From the IMG/VR virus record IMGVR_UViG_3300024518_001342, positions 4,043 to 68,042 of that record: a DNA stretch of 64,000 nucleotides. One strand, given 5' to 3'. The translations under genes and the position numbers were made by a program. The stretch comes from a virus. A model generated the notes under the pieces. That model saw only the letters and a list, made by a program, of their open reading frames with translations, did not search any database and was not told the origin of the DNA. This document shows positions 25,235-35,246 of this stretch, piece after piece; position 1 is the stretch's first letter; every line of letters starts with the position of its first letter.

Positions 25235-28200
25235 TTACCCCACTAATATAAAATTATGCTTAACAGAGCGAGTCGAAAAACCCCACTGGTCATCATAATC
25301 TAGTTTTGTTATATATGGTCGGTTCAGATGAACCTTGTCTTCAGATCTCACATTCCAGCACTTAATGTCCGTGCTTTGACAAGTATCGTCAATCACATTT
25401 ATAATCCAAAAGTCCCGACCATTCTTTGTTTGCCTGACGGTTACGCTTCTTGGGATAAGCCAACACAACCCCAGGTCTTTATCAAATTGTGCGATGGGAG
25501 GAACGCAGTTGTGTTCTATTCGTTCGCGTACCTTTTTGTCCATAACTAACTCAAACGGAAAGATTCCCGTAAGAGAAACAACATTCTCAATTCGTTCTTC
25601 TTCTGTAAAATCTATCTCACCACAATACTTGGTTATATTATCCTCAAGTCTCTTTTTGTTCTTTGGTCGATCACTTACGGTTGAAAGCCATAAGTGCTTA
25701 CAATGTTTAAAGCGATCATCTGCAATAGAATCACAAGCACCGGACCTCACCAGAACATCCAAAGCCTTTTTATTTAATTTAGAATAGCTGACGTTCTCGT
25801 TGAATAGAAAATCCTCTACATGTTTAAAGGGTCGGTTCTGTAAAATCTGATCCATAGCCTTTTCGCCAAGGCCTTTGATGGAAGTAAGAGGCTGAACCAG
25901 TTGACCATCTGTGGAAATATCCCACGATCTTCCTGAAGTATTTATTTCAACTTCTTGGATGTCATAGCCCAAATTCTTTACTACATTGATGGCTCGCTCT
26001 TTTCTGCCCTCGGGTTCTTTATTCAAGAACGCCACACACCATTCAGCCGGATAGTAATTTAGAAGCCAAGCGCACTGGTAAGATAGTATACTATAACCGA
26101 CAGCATGGGACTTATTAAAACCATAACCACTAAAATACTCAAAAGTGTTCCAAAGGTCTTCTGCTTGTTTTTTGCTAATTCCCTTTTCTGAACATCCTGC
26201 CACGAACTTAGTATGAATTCTAGTCTTTTCCTCTGCACCTTTTCCTGTTCCTTTCTTTGTTAATAGTTTGCGTAAAAGATTACCCTCGTCCAAGGAAATG
26301 TCTTTTCCCAGTCGGTGGGCAAGCAAAGCAATCTGCTCTTGGAAAATCAAAAACCCATAAGTTTCTTCCGTCACTTCTTGTATGATTGGGTGAGGATATT
26401 TTATGTATTGTGGACTTTCTTTTGCCTCTACATAATCTCTATCGACCTTTGCGCCTAACGGTCCTGGTCTAAAGATGGAAGTGATCGCCGCGATATCGAC
26501 CAAACTTGTTGGCTTGGCTTTTTTACAAAAGCCCTGTGCTCCTGGTTCTGTGAATTGAAAGACACCAGCCCATTTACCTTTATGGAAAATGTTTTTATAA
26601 ATATCCTGATTATCAAAGTCTAGTTTATCAGGATGCAAGTGCTCATCATAGAAATTCTTAATCTCTACAAACGAGGGATCTGTAATCCCTTTGTGCCTCT
26701 CTAGAACTTTGCCAATGGCATCTTCAATCATTCTAAGAGTGCTCAAGCCAAGAATGTCAAATTTGATAAAGCCCATTGGTTCAAGATGCCTGACGTTTTG
26801 TCCTTCGGTCCAAGGTGTTTGTCTTACTCCACCACTATAGATCAAGGGCATATATTTATTTAAGTTCTCTCCGACTACAAGACCACCGGCATGGCGCGAA
26901 CAAGATCTAACCTGTCCAACTAGAGTGCGGACATGTGTTTCTACTTCGGGATAATCTCTAAGGAATTGTTGCAGCGTCGTGCTATACTTCATCACTTCAT
27001 CAAAAGTCGGAGCGTAGACACCTGTCTTTATACCATGATCCCTTTTGGCTGGTCCTATGGATTCGCCAACCATTTTGCTTGTAACTTTATTGACTTCTTG
27101 AAAGGGCACTTTATAAAGTTTAGAAATGTCTTTTATGAGTGACCGTAGTTGTAGCGTGTTCCAGTTAGAGATCGGAACTACATTATCTTCGCCCCATTCC
27201 TTGACTAACATTTCCTTCAACACAAACGGATCTGACACATCATAATCAATGTCTGGATAATCTGTTGCGTCTGCTCTCAAGAACCTAGAAAATAATAGCC
27301 CATACTTAATAGGATCTACTTGTGTAATGCCCAAAGCATACGCAACCAATGATCCACCGGCTGAACCTCGCGATGGTCCCGTTAACTGTGTTGCTGTAGC
27401 TTTGTCAGCAATCGCTTTCATTGTTAAAAAATATCTGCTAAAGCCGCGATCTTTGATTACCTCTAGTTCATGCTTGAGGCGATCAAGATATTCTTGACTG
27501 TGTTTGGTTTGCGATTGCAAGCCATTGGATGCAGCAACACTCAATGCGGTATCTTCATCTAGTCCATCGGGTATAACAAAAGATGGGAGCCTAACTGTAT
27601 TGTCTGGATAAAACTTTTCAATTCTGTTGTGAGCTATATCATAAGTTCGCTCAATAGATTCCATAATCAGATCGTCATCATATTTCTCACCCAACTCTGA
27701 CGAATACTTTTTATAGGATTCCCACATTTGATCTCCGTTTTTAGGATATAGTTCGTGAGGAACCTGCTCTAGTGATTCTGGCATGTCGCCATGAAATGCC
27801 GCCAAGCCTGGGTGGAGTCTCTTATATAATTCACGATCTTTCCACACTTCGGGATTGTAAAAGTGGCTGTCGCAAGTGGAAATGAGTTCCACTCCATATT
27901 CTTTTGCAACCTGAATAACAAAATGATTAAGATTGTGTTGGTCTTGATCGCTCCACCACTGAAGTTCACCATACCATCTATCTCCCAAAATACCTAACAT
28001 ATTCTCGGTTGTTGTTCGCATAGCCTCTAGTATCTTTTCATCACCGTCATCTTTATTTTTCCAATAATCTGTAGCATAAACTCCACCTAAACACGCACTA
28101 GATGCGATGACGCCCTCGCCATGTTCGCGGAGCATTTCTAAATCAATTCTTGGGAACCGATAAAAGTTTCCTGGCTTATAAGATTGAGACACCAACTTGA

Positions 28201-28630
28201 ATATATTATTTAATCCAGTTTGGTTTTGGGCTAGAAGAACCAAGTGAGAGCGACGATTGATTCCGTCTTTAACTTTCTTTGAAGACACTTCGTTTTCTAC
28301 AGCAAACCCAGTATTGGCTTTTTCTTTTTTTCTTTTCTTATCCGCTTTTGCTTCTTCGTTGAGAACTTCCCATTCTTTAATCGAGGGGATGAAATATGCC
28401 TCACACCCATAAATCGGTTTAAAGTTCTTGCCTTCTTTTTCCATTGACTTGGCATGAAGAACCTGATAGGCTAGTCCATTACAATTGCCATGATCCGTAA
28501 GGGCAAGCGCATCCATCCCGTTTTCATAGGCAAAGTCCATATGTTGCTGCGGGTAGCCGATGGCATCGAAAGGCGAACCAGCAGTGGAATGGGCGTGAAG
28601 ACCGACAAAAGGTATGGAGGACTTATTCAT
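25235..28630 (-). CDS. dnaE: DNA polymerase III alpha subunit (family C)
   Basis: PHP motifs LHAHS, LTDHG, CDSH; RGSAGGSL, PDIDYD, KFDILGL, YGFNKSHA; start re-called to ATG 28630. Confidence 0.95.
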   Translation of the reverse strand: MNKSSIPFVGLHAHSTAGSPFDAIGYPQQHMDFAYENGMDALALTDHGNCNGLAYQVLHAKSMEKEGKNFKPIYGCEAYFIPSIKEWEVLNEEAKADKKRKKEKANTGFAVENEVSSKKVKDGINRRSHLVLLAQNQTGLNNIFKLVSQSYKPGNFYRFPRIDLEMLREHGEGVIASSACLGGVYATDYWKNKDDGDEKILEAMRTTTENMLGILGDRWYGELQWWSDQDQHNLNHFVIQVAKEYGVELISTCDSHFYNPEVWKDRELYKRLHPGLAAFHGDMPESLEQVPHELYPKNGDQMWESYKKYSSELGEKYDDDLIMESIERTYDIAHNRIEKFYPDNTVRLPSFVIPDGLDEDTALSVAASNGLQSQTKHSQEYLDRLKHELEVIKDRGFSRYFLTMKAIADKATATQLTGPSRGSAGGSLVAYALGITQVDPIKYGLLFSRFLRADATDYPDIDYDVSDPFVLKEMLVKEWGEDNVVPISNWNTLQLRSLIKDISKLYKVPFQEVNKVTSKMVGESIGPAKRDHGIKTGVYAPTFDEVMKYSTTLQQFLRDYPEVETHVRTLVGQVRSCSRHAGGLVVGENLNKYMPLIYSGGVRQTPWTEGQNVRHLEPMGFIKFDILGLSTLRMIEDAIGKVLERHKGITDPSFVEIKNFYDEHLHPDKLDFDNQDIYKNIFHKGKWAGVFQFTEPGAQGFCKKAKPTSLVDIAAITSIFRPGPLGAKVDRDYVEAKESPQYIKYPHPIIQEVTEETYGFLIFQEQIALLAHRLGKDISLDEGNLLRKLLTKKGTGKGAEEKTRIHTKFVAGCSEKGISKKQAEDLWNTFEYFSGYGFNKSHAVGYSILSYQCAWLLNYYPAEWCVAFLNKEPEGRKERAINVVKNLGYDIQEVEINTSGRSWDISTDGQLVQPLTSIKGLGEKAMDQILQNRPFKHVEDFLFNENVSYSKLNKKALDVLVRSGACDSIADDRFKHCKHLWLSTVSDRPKNKKRLEDNITKYCGEIDFTEEERIENVVSLTGIFPFELVMDKKVRERIEHNCVPPIAQFDKDLGLCWLIPRSVTVRQTKNGRDFWIINVIDDTCQSTDIKCWNVRSEDKVHLNRPYITKLDYDDQWGFSTRSVKHNFILVG

Positions 28631-28637
28631 ATTTACA

Positions 28638-28666
28638 ATGATATAGGAATAATAAAAGGTTGTCAA
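28638..28666 (-). promoter_or_regulatory. sigma70-type promoter of dnaE
   Basis: Minus strand TTGACA-N17-TATCAT; ATG 7 nt downstream; no SD. Confidence 0.75.
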
Positions 28667-28688
28667 GGTATTTTTTCCACCACCTCCA

Positions 28689-28696
28689 ACTATTTA
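28689..28696 (+). promoter_or_regulatory. ACTATTTA putative late-promoter motif (plus strand)
   Basis: Lies on the plus strand upstream of the only plus-strand gene, so it follows gene orientation. Confidence 0.65.
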
Positions 28697-28733
28697 GGGG
28701 TGAATATTTATTTAAAGTATGGGAGTATATTAG

Positions 28734-29870
28734 ATGGCAGGATTTAATGAAGGAAGAAGTGTACCAGGAGGTTTCGGTGTATCAGGATCGTCGGGCTCCG
28801 TACAATTCAAACAAGGTGCAACTTTTGGTGGTGATAATGAATTCCATTACAACCCCGACACAGATACCTTAACCATTACGGGCACTGTATCTGCCAGTGC
28901 GTTTCTCGGTGATGGCTCTGGCTTGACTGGGGTGGGTGGCGGCTCACCTGGAACTCCTCTAAACTCTATTCAGTTTAATGATGCCTCAAGTTTTGGTGGA
29001 GATGCGGATCTTACTTGGACTACAAATAAACTTGCTCTAACTGGTGCGATGAATTTATCTGGATCTACCGCAGTTGGCACAAGTCCCTTTACAGTCGTAG
29101 GAGCAAGTGGAGTCGATAATGGTGGTCCTGTAATATTTACAAAAAACACCAGTTCTTTTGGTGATGATTGGGAATCGCCAATCTCTGGTACATTCATCAT
29201 TTCTGATGATATAGGTGCATCTGGTGTTGGTTATAATGGGGCAGCAGTAATGTATGTTCACTCGCGAGATAGTTTAGCCGCTATTGGATTTAAAAATGAA
29301 GACACATTGGTAGGTGGGGAGCAATCAAACAGGGTTACAAGCACAGCCGTTAAAGGTGTATGGCTTGGTCTTCAAGGAAACATTCTACAACTTCAAAATA
29401 ACATTGGAGACACAATTATACGAGCAGGAGATGTTGGTGTCGGTGGAGAAAACGAAATCATAGTTAGTCGTTATGGCACCACGATTGGCAATCATGTGGA
29501 CGATGTTCACCAAGTTTCAGGAACATTGGATGTTTCGGGATCTGTTAAAGCAAATATGATGTCCACCACTGTATTGACAGAAACCATCAATACAGATACA
29601 GAAGCCGATTGTAGTTCTTATAATGTTTTTAAATATACCATAGATGCCACCCTTGATATAACCGGAAGCAATCCAGTTGCAGGTGCCTCTTATTTATTTA
29701 TTTTGACTCAGGGTGCGGGCGCACCTTATACAGTAAATTGGGATGGTTTTAAATGGCCTAACGGGGGGACGCTTCCCGTTCTTTCTACTGGCGCTGGCGA
29801 GATTGATGTTGTTTCAGGAATTTCAGATGGAACATTTATTTATGCCGACATTACTAAAAACTTTATCTAG
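28734..29870 (+). CDS. Putative virion structural / tail-fibre-like protein
   Basis: Gly/Ser/Thr-rich; repeated GSVQF...FGGD and NSIQFN...FGGD; VSASAFLGDGSGLTG; C-terminal fibre-like WPNGGTLPVLST..DVVS domain. Confidence 0.65.
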   Translation: MAGFNEGRSVPGGFGVSGSSGSVQFKQGATFGGDNEFHYNPDTDTLTITGTVSASAFLGDGSGLTGVGGGSPGTPLNSIQFNDASSFGGDADLTWTTNKLALTGAMNLSGSTAVGTSPFTVVGASGVDNGGPVIFTKNTSSFGDDWESPISGTFIISDDIGASGVGYNGAAVMYVHSRDSLAAIGFKNEDTLVGGEQSNRVTSTAVKGVWLGLQGNILQLQNNIGDTIIRAGDVGVGGENEIIVSRYGTTIGNHVDDVHQVSGTLDVSGSVKANMMSTTVLTETINTDTEADCSSYNVFKYTIDATLDITGSNPVAGASYLFILTQGAGAPYTVNWDGFKWPNGGTLPVLSTGAGEIDVVSGISDGTFIYADITKNFI

Positions 29871-29887
29871 GAGTAATAAGTCTCTGG

Positions 29888-30448
29888 CTAAATCAAATAG
29901 CCAACGATGCCAGCCAAGACAATTGTAAAAGAAATCAACACAGGAACCCAAGGATTCTTTTTTTCTAATTCGTTTGTGAGCAATTGAATATTTGTTTTAT
30001 GCTGAATTAAGATTGTTTCTATTTTCTTAAACTGTTTGTTGATCGCCGCATAGTCAACTTCAACTTGAGCTTCTTTAAGTTCCTCGAATTTTAAATCGAG
30101 AAGATTCGTTGCTTCTGTTAAGGCTCGGTGAGCCCCTAATGATAAAAGGGCTTGGTTATCCTGAAGGCACTCAATCTTCTCTTTTAGATTTTCTAAAGGT
30201 CGGGCAGACAGTTCGAGTGATTCCTCAACACACGTCACGATATCAGTGGTTGTCTCTCGTGAAGTGACACCAACTCGCTCTTTTAGTTCTTTGAGATCTT
30301 CGCTAAATTGATTGTTGTGTTCTTTTAGTTCATCAAAACTTTTCTTTAGTGTGTCGAAAATTTCCTGACTATCATTATCTTTAGGTTTTTCTACTGAAGG
30401 TTTGCGCGTCTGTTTTTTAAAGTCTCGTTCAAATCCACCTAACGGCAT
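29888..30448 (-). CDS. Coiled-coil protein with C-terminal TM helix
   Basis: Heptad-rich; WVPVLISFTIVLAGIVGYLI. Confidence 0.65.
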   Translation of the reverse strand: MPLGGFERDFKKQTRKPSVEKPKDNDSQEIFDTLKKSFDELKEHNNQFSEDLKELKERVGVTSRETTTDIVTCVEESLELSARPLENLKEKIECLQDNQALLSLGAHRALTEATNLLDLKFEELKEAQVEVDYAAINKQFKKIETILIQHKTNIQLLTNELEKKNPWVPVLISFTIVLAGIVGYLI

Positions 30449-30855
30449 TATCCAACCCCAATAGAGCCGGACCAGTTTCCAACAAGTTCACCAGATCCGA
30501 TACTTGTTTCACCAGCAATTACTGAAGCCGTGGCGTTCAAAACGCTTGCAACGTCGTCCACTCTCAAAAAAACAGCATTCACTCTCCAATCCGCAGAAAA
30601 AGATTCATCTTGCTCAAGAATAAAATAATTAGAAGCAGCAATTCCCAGTTCAGAAAACCCAACGCGCATCTTTACATTGGTTGCCGTAGGATCAATTGTA
30701 TTTTTAACCGTTATAAATTTAGTAACAGATGGGAAAGAGATTTGAACTACAGCCCCACCAGCCGGTACATTGATTGAAGAAGATAAATACGGCCGACTGC
30801 TTGCTTGATAAGCCCCCACACTTCCTAATCCGTCACGATATTTATAATTTGCCAT
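30448..30855 (-). CDS. Hypothetical beta-rich protein, probably structural
   Basis: GAGGAG SD; ACTATTTA at 30877-30884. Confidence 0.65.
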   Translation of the reverse strand: MANYKYRDGLGSVGAYQASSRPYLSSSINVPAGGAVVQISFPSVTKFITVKNTIDPTATNVKMRVGFSELGIAASNYFILEQDESFSADWRVNAVFLRVDDVASVLNATASVIAGETSIGSGELVGNWSGSIGVG

Positions 30856-30884
30856 ATTTGTTACTCCTCACCCCTATAAATAGT

Positions 30885-31820
30885 TTATTCTTCACCATCT
30901 AGTCCAATTTTCTTCCACGTTCGGTACTTCAGCATATCTGATTTAGGTCGTTTCATTTTTTTTCTTTCCTCCGAGGCTAAATATTTACAATAACCTTCCC
31001 ATGTGCTTATGTCATAATACCATTCCATCTCAATCCAAGTGGTTGGTTTTTGAGTATCAATGGCTTCAAAAATATCTTTGAGATCAAAATATCTTCCTGA
31101 GTGTCTTTCTGCAAACGGTAGTTTGTTGATGGGATATTTTCCATCTCTCAGTGGAGAGTTAGGATCAAATTCTCCTGTAGCTTTTTTCCAGAACAATTGT
31201 GAAAATCTTGTCACTTCACTTGCATCAAATGCAAAACCAATATATTCGTTATCGATCACTGAATTACCTTCTGGTGTGGTTAGCAAAAAGTTTCCTGGTC
31301 TGGATATTGTTTCTCTCCATTTGCGTATGTGTTGTGATGGAAACACTCCATAAGAAAACGCTACATAATATTTATCTGGTGTTACCCATTTAGATAATTG
31401 ATAGCAAGTTTTGTGAGCCACTTTTGCGCCGTAGATAATGCTCCACACCAATGATTCTTTTTTCCTCTGATCTTTGGGGTGTATCTCAACATAATAAATA
31501 GGAATTGCTTTTTTACTTTCACTTGGGAAGGTGTCAAACTTTCTTCCAATCCAAGCAGGATCTTCAACCATCTCTCCTAGTCTGTGTTTTATTAGTGGTT
31601 GCATTTTAGAATCGCATACAATCCAAATAGTTTCGCACCCTGCGGTGGCGCATTCCAACACGGCTCGCTCGACTGCTAAAAAGTTTTGTGCTATGGGTTG
31701 AAGGCAATCGTGCCAAGGTAAATTATAATCCAAACGCTGCCCGGACACAGGAACAATGCCAGCAAGATGAAACGAATTAATGTTAACGATGTTTTCTTCA
31801 CTGGAATATTCTTGCGACAT
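30885..31820 (-). CDS. Nucleotidyltransferase-like protein (sugar-NTP transferase/GT-A fold, divergent)
   Basis: LAGIVPVSG...LQPI...AGCETIWIV...WYYDISTWEGY parallels RmlA/GalU architecture. Confidence 0.55.
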   Translation of the reverse strand: MSQEYSSEENIVNINSFHLAGIVPVSGQRLDYNLPWHDCLQPIAQNFLAVERAVLECATAGCETIWIVCDSKMQPLIKHRLGEMVEDPAWIGRKFDTFPSESKKAIPIYYVEIHPKDQRKKESLVWSIIYGAKVAHKTCYQLSKWVTPDKYYVAFSYGVFPSQHIRKWRETISRPGNFLLTTPEGNSVIDNEYIGFAFDASEVTRFSQLFWKKATGEFDPNSPLRDGKYPINKLPFAERHSGRYFDLKDIFEAIDTQKPTTWIEMEWYYDISTWEGYCKYLASEERKKMKRPKSDMLKYRTWKKIGLDGEE

Positions 31821-32700
31821 AAGATTCTACTAATGGATTTTTATTTATTATATCATCAAACGAATCAACATTAAATTTTAATGTATCTGTTGAATCGTAA
31901 AGTGTTTTACCGAGGGGCTGGATCTCTCGAATAGAGTTCTCTATCCTTACCGCATAATATTTATAACGACTTTTGTTTAGCATGTCGCGGCCATTCCTTG
32001 CCCCGCGAATGCCAGCACCCTTCATCATCTTGAGTGTTTTGAAGCGAGCATTGATATCAGAATAATCAAAAGAGTTGAGTTGCTTCTCTGTAAGACAAGA
32101 AATAGATACAGCATCTTTATACACTTGGTTGCCGTCAACTCTATCGGTGGGATAGAAAAGTATTTCACTAACGAATTCTGTGTTATCTTGTATATAATCG
32201 TATTCATGTTTCATTCCGCTTCGTACATCAAACCAATCATAAACTTTATATTTCTTTTCTGGAAGTTGTGCGGGGGTTGGCAAACCAGAAACTCCGTCGT
32301 CGGTAAAGATAATCAACTCCTCAAAGTTTATCTTTGCCATGCGAGCTTTGTGAGTAAAGACTTTAAGTTCTTTATCCCCTACCTTAATTGAAGATGCTTT
32401 ATCCGCTACAGGGTTTAGTCCAGATAGAGTTAAGTAAAAATATAGTTTTTCCCATAATATATCTTTGTAGCTTCCAATAACTTTATGTGAAGTTGGGCTC
32501 ACCAGAGTGTGGGAATTATTTTCTAAGCCAAAGAAAGATAAATCTTGCTCGGCACTAAAATGATCAAAGCGGTGGGGAGGATCTATATTTACATAAACAA
32601 AAGGAACATTGTTTAAAAAAGAATAAAGAAGGGCATTGAGAGAGGAGCCAATTACAATCTTTTCATACTTGAAGCTGATGTCCCGAATGGTAGAGTGCAT
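31798..32700 (-). CDS. Hypothetical protein with degenerate Rossmann-like N-terminus
   Basis: KIVIGSSLNALLYS resembles a dinucleotide-binding beta-alpha-beta but lacks the full GxGxxG. Confidence 0.5.
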   Translation of the reverse strand: MHSTIRDISFKYEKIVIGSSLNALLYSFLNNVPFVYVNIDPPHRFDHFSAEQDLSFFGLENNSHTLVSPTSHKVIGSYKDILWEKLYFYLTLSGLNPVADKASSIKVGDKELKVFTHKARMAKINFEELIIFTDDGVSGLPTPAQLPEKKYKVYDWFDVRSGMKHEYDYIQDNTEFVSEILFYPTDRVDGNQVYKDAVSISCLTEKQLNSFDYSDINARFKTLKMMKGAGIRGARNGRDMLNKSRYKYYAVRIENSIREIQPLGKTLYDSTDTLKFNVDSFDDIINKNPLVESYVARIFQ

Positions 32701-32710
32701 GTAGGTTGTA

Positions 32711-33520
32711 TTATTCTGACAACGGCAACTGCACTTGATGAGGGAAATGAGGCGCGTTAGATTTGGAACCCTTGGCTCTGTTATCCTCCTTCTTCATCAG
32801 TTCTCCATTGGCTAAAGTGGTAGGGCCGCCGTCGTCAACTGATATCATATGATCACCTTCATATTTGCCCATATATAAATCCAACACAGGAATGTTGGCA
32901 CCAGTGCGATCCCTCGCATCTTGAAGGGTGTAGAGCTTTTTCTTGTCTTCAAAAGTATAAGTATCTTGATGAGTGCGACGGCGCTTTACGATACCAGCCT
33001 TCTCAAGATCAGGAAGCTCTAGCTTTAGTGCCTCCCCAAACACATACCTAATTTTATTATAAAAAACGGCGTTCTGGGCTCTCGACATCCAATTCGTGTA
33101 AGCCTTCTCCTGTTCTTCTCCTGTTGCTACGGTGTCTGATACAGTGGTGAAATAGGCATCTTGCTCTAAAAACCAAGTATAAAAACCCTGGGCGTCAGAT
33201 ATCGCATAGCCACATTCTTCCTCAAGATAACCGATTACATCACCCAAAGCCAAAAATTGACTTGGGGTGAGCATTTTCTTTTGCTTTCCTACTGCGGCCG
33301 CTATAGCGGTCATCTCACGAAGGATGTTTTTTACTTTCGCTTTTACAGAAGCATCGAGATCGGTTTCTTCTTCATACATTTTGTCAAGCCCTTGCCACTT
33401 GAGGGTACTCGAAAAGTTACTCTTTATTTTCAAGCACATCCTGGCTACCAGTTCTTCGTGATGCCGCTGATCAAGTTTGGCGTTACTAGCAAATAGATTT
33501 TCAAATAATCGATAACTCAT
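32711..33520 (-). CDS. HNH-domain protein (C-terminal half of a GmrSD/DUF262-like nuclease)
   Basis: EGDHMISVDDGGPTTLANG...DNRAKG HNH motif. Confidence 0.7.
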   Translation of the reverse strand: MSYRLFENLFASNAKLDQRHHEELVARMCLKIKSNFSSTLKWQGLDKMYEEETDLDASVKAKVKNILREMTAIAAAVGKQKKMLTPSQFLALGDVIGYLEEECGYAISDAQGFYTWFLEQDAYFTTVSDTVATGEEQEKAYTNWMSRAQNAVFYNKIRYVFGEALKLELPDLEKAGIVKRRRTHQDTYTFEDKKKLYTLQDARDRTGANIPVLDLYMGKYEGDHMISVDDGGPTTLANGELMKKEDNRAKGSKSNAPHFPHQVQLPLSE

Positions 33521-34121
33521 TTTCTTCCTTTCCTACGTTAGCTATATCGCGAATAAATGCCGACAACAATGTTGGCATCGCTTGACGATGTTCTTGTTTG
33601 TTTAGTTTTTCCGACATATTGAGGTGTCGAAAAAGATGACACATATCCCTATATGAAATCCGTCGCAAAGTAACCACTGTGATCTTCTCTTTATAGAGAA
33701 TGTCTTTTTGCTGGTGGCGATCAAAATCATCTAATGTTTTAGTGACTCTGGTGCCGGGTTCGCATAGTTTCATCTTCTTTCGTAGGAAGTTATAAATCGA
33801 ACTTGAGGTGTTGTGCCCGTCAATATTGATGAATTTTTTCCCCGCCTTTTGTGCTTTTAAAAAATATGCTTCCGAGTCTTTATCTCCTATTTCGCGAGCA
33901 AACCTTAAACACTCATTGACATCGGCACGAACAATTATATTGCAAGTGCGCCCTGCTAAAAAACTCCCCATATAGAATTCTGACTGTTCAAGTGACCAGC
34001 CAGATCCTTGTTCTATCCCCCCTCGTCTTTGAAACGAAGGATCTAAAAGGGTATCTAAGTATTCTTCAGCCAAAGAATCAAGCGCATATTTTTCTGGCTT
34101 GGGATCATAGGCTTCTAGCAT
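33501..34121 (-). CDS. DUF262/ParB-like domain protein (N-terminal half)
   Basis: FQRR...W, NIDGHN, and LFRHLNMSEKLNKQEHR resemble the DUF262 QR / DGQQR / FxxxN...LxxxE motifs. Confidence 0.65.
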   Translation of the reverse strand: MLEAYDPKPEKYALDSLAEEYLDTLLDPSFQRRGGIEQGSGWSLEQSEFYMGSFLAGRTCNIIVRADVNECLRFAREIGDKDSEAYFLKAQKAGKKFINIDGHNTSSSIYNFLRKKMKLCEPGTRVTKTLDDFDRHQQKDILYKEKITVVTLRRISYRDMCHLFRHLNMSEKLNKQEHRQAMPTLLSAFIRDIANVGKEENELSII

Positions 34122-34177
34122 TGTTGTAATTTCTTAATCATGTCTCTAGAGTATCATCTTTAATATCGCATTTCAAG

Positions 34178-34498
34178 CTAAATCGACAGAGAACCCAATT
34201 TTTTTTGGATCTGTTCAGCCATCTTTAAATTAAGAAGTGTGACCTCTTTCATTTCCACCATAATGAATTCACGGTTTTCATCATAAGCACCTTCAGTCAT
34301 TATACGAATACCTTCTGAGCGAGCACACATTTTTACAAAATCATCGTGAATAAAAGAAATCATTTCTTGCTTTATTGGATCATCTCCGCACAACGCGGTG
34401 GCTTCAGCCAACTTTGCGCTTGCATCTAAATAATCTGTAGTTATCTGTATGAAACTATTCTCAAACATTTCCATCATTTCTTGTTCTTTATCTTCCAC
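34178..34498 (-). CDS. Hypothetical protein
   Basis: ORF track. Confidence 0.6.
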   Translation of the reverse strand: MEDKEQEMMEMFENSFIQITTDYLDASAKLAEATALCGDDPIKQEMISFIHDDFVKMCARSEGIRIMTEGAYDENREFIMVEMKEVTLLNLKMAEQIQKKLGSLSI

Positions 34499-34499
34499 A

Positions 34500-35246
34500 T
34501 TAACCTCGAATTTTACTTTCAGCCAATTTAAGATAGTATTGTTTTTTCATCGCTTCTGTTTTTGATTTAGGTCGGAAGGCACTCCACTTATCATACATTT
34601 CTTTAAATTGAGTTTTCTTATTATCAATCATAGACCAATATTCGGCTTCGGCATCTTCAACGACACCGAGTTCTGTATATCCCTTGTCACCACCAGCCCA
34701 AACGTCTTTGATAGGTTCTCCGGTATTAGTGTAGAGGCGAATAGAATATTCTTCTGGATTGTCTAGATCTGGACCTCCATAAAGAAATGAATCTTGTTCA
34801 TAATCCGCCGCTAGAGTCCGCGCTGTGTCAAAAAGACTTTTTCCGCTTGGGGGTACATCACCTCTCGGTTCTTCATAAGCTAAAACAGAATATTCTTCTA
34901 CCACCTCACCTTCTGCTCCACCTTCTTTGTACCCGCTTCGGCGCATATCTACCCAAGGGAACCCAGACGCTTTAAGACGTGCTTTGAGCATATCTTGGTT
35001 GTCATTATTTTGGGCGCGTTGGGCATCTTGTTCTGCTGGTGATAAATCTTTATCTACGCCGCGAAATGCGGTCAGCATGGCAAACGGAACATTTTTATTC
35101 TCAATTTTATCCTTTACTCGTGATAAAGCAGTTTCGTTAAGTTGCTGTTTTGTTGGCTTCTCTAGCACTAGAGAGCCGTGGTCCGATAACGCATCGGTAG
35201 CCTCCGCAATCATTTTTTTTAAATCTGTTAAAGTTATTTTTTTCAT
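34500..35246 (-). CDS. Phage protein (DUF3293-like) with MKKITLTDLKKMIAE leader
   Basis: LNETALSRV..FAMLTAFR..N..L...GY.E..EEYS..YEQDSFL pattern; second-class leader. Confidence 0.55.
   Translation of the reverse strand: MKKITLTDLKKMIAEATDALSDHGSLVLEKPTKQQLNETALSRVKDKIENKNVPFAMLTAFRGVDKDLSPAEQDAQRAQNNDNQDMLKARLKASGFPWVDMRRSGYKEGGAEGEVVEEYSVLAYEEPRGDVPPSGKSLFDTARTLAADYEQDSFLYGGPDLDNPEEYSIRLYTNTGEPIKDVWAGGDKGYTELGVVEDAEAEYWSMIDNKKTQFKEMYDKWSAFRPKSKTEAMKKQYYLKLAESKIRG

Noticed and set aside
33490-33520. MSYRLFENLF at the start of the HNH ORF as another leader copy
   Set aside because: It lacks the invariant WR and the terminal LxE, and fits as an internal part of the DUF262-HNH protein.
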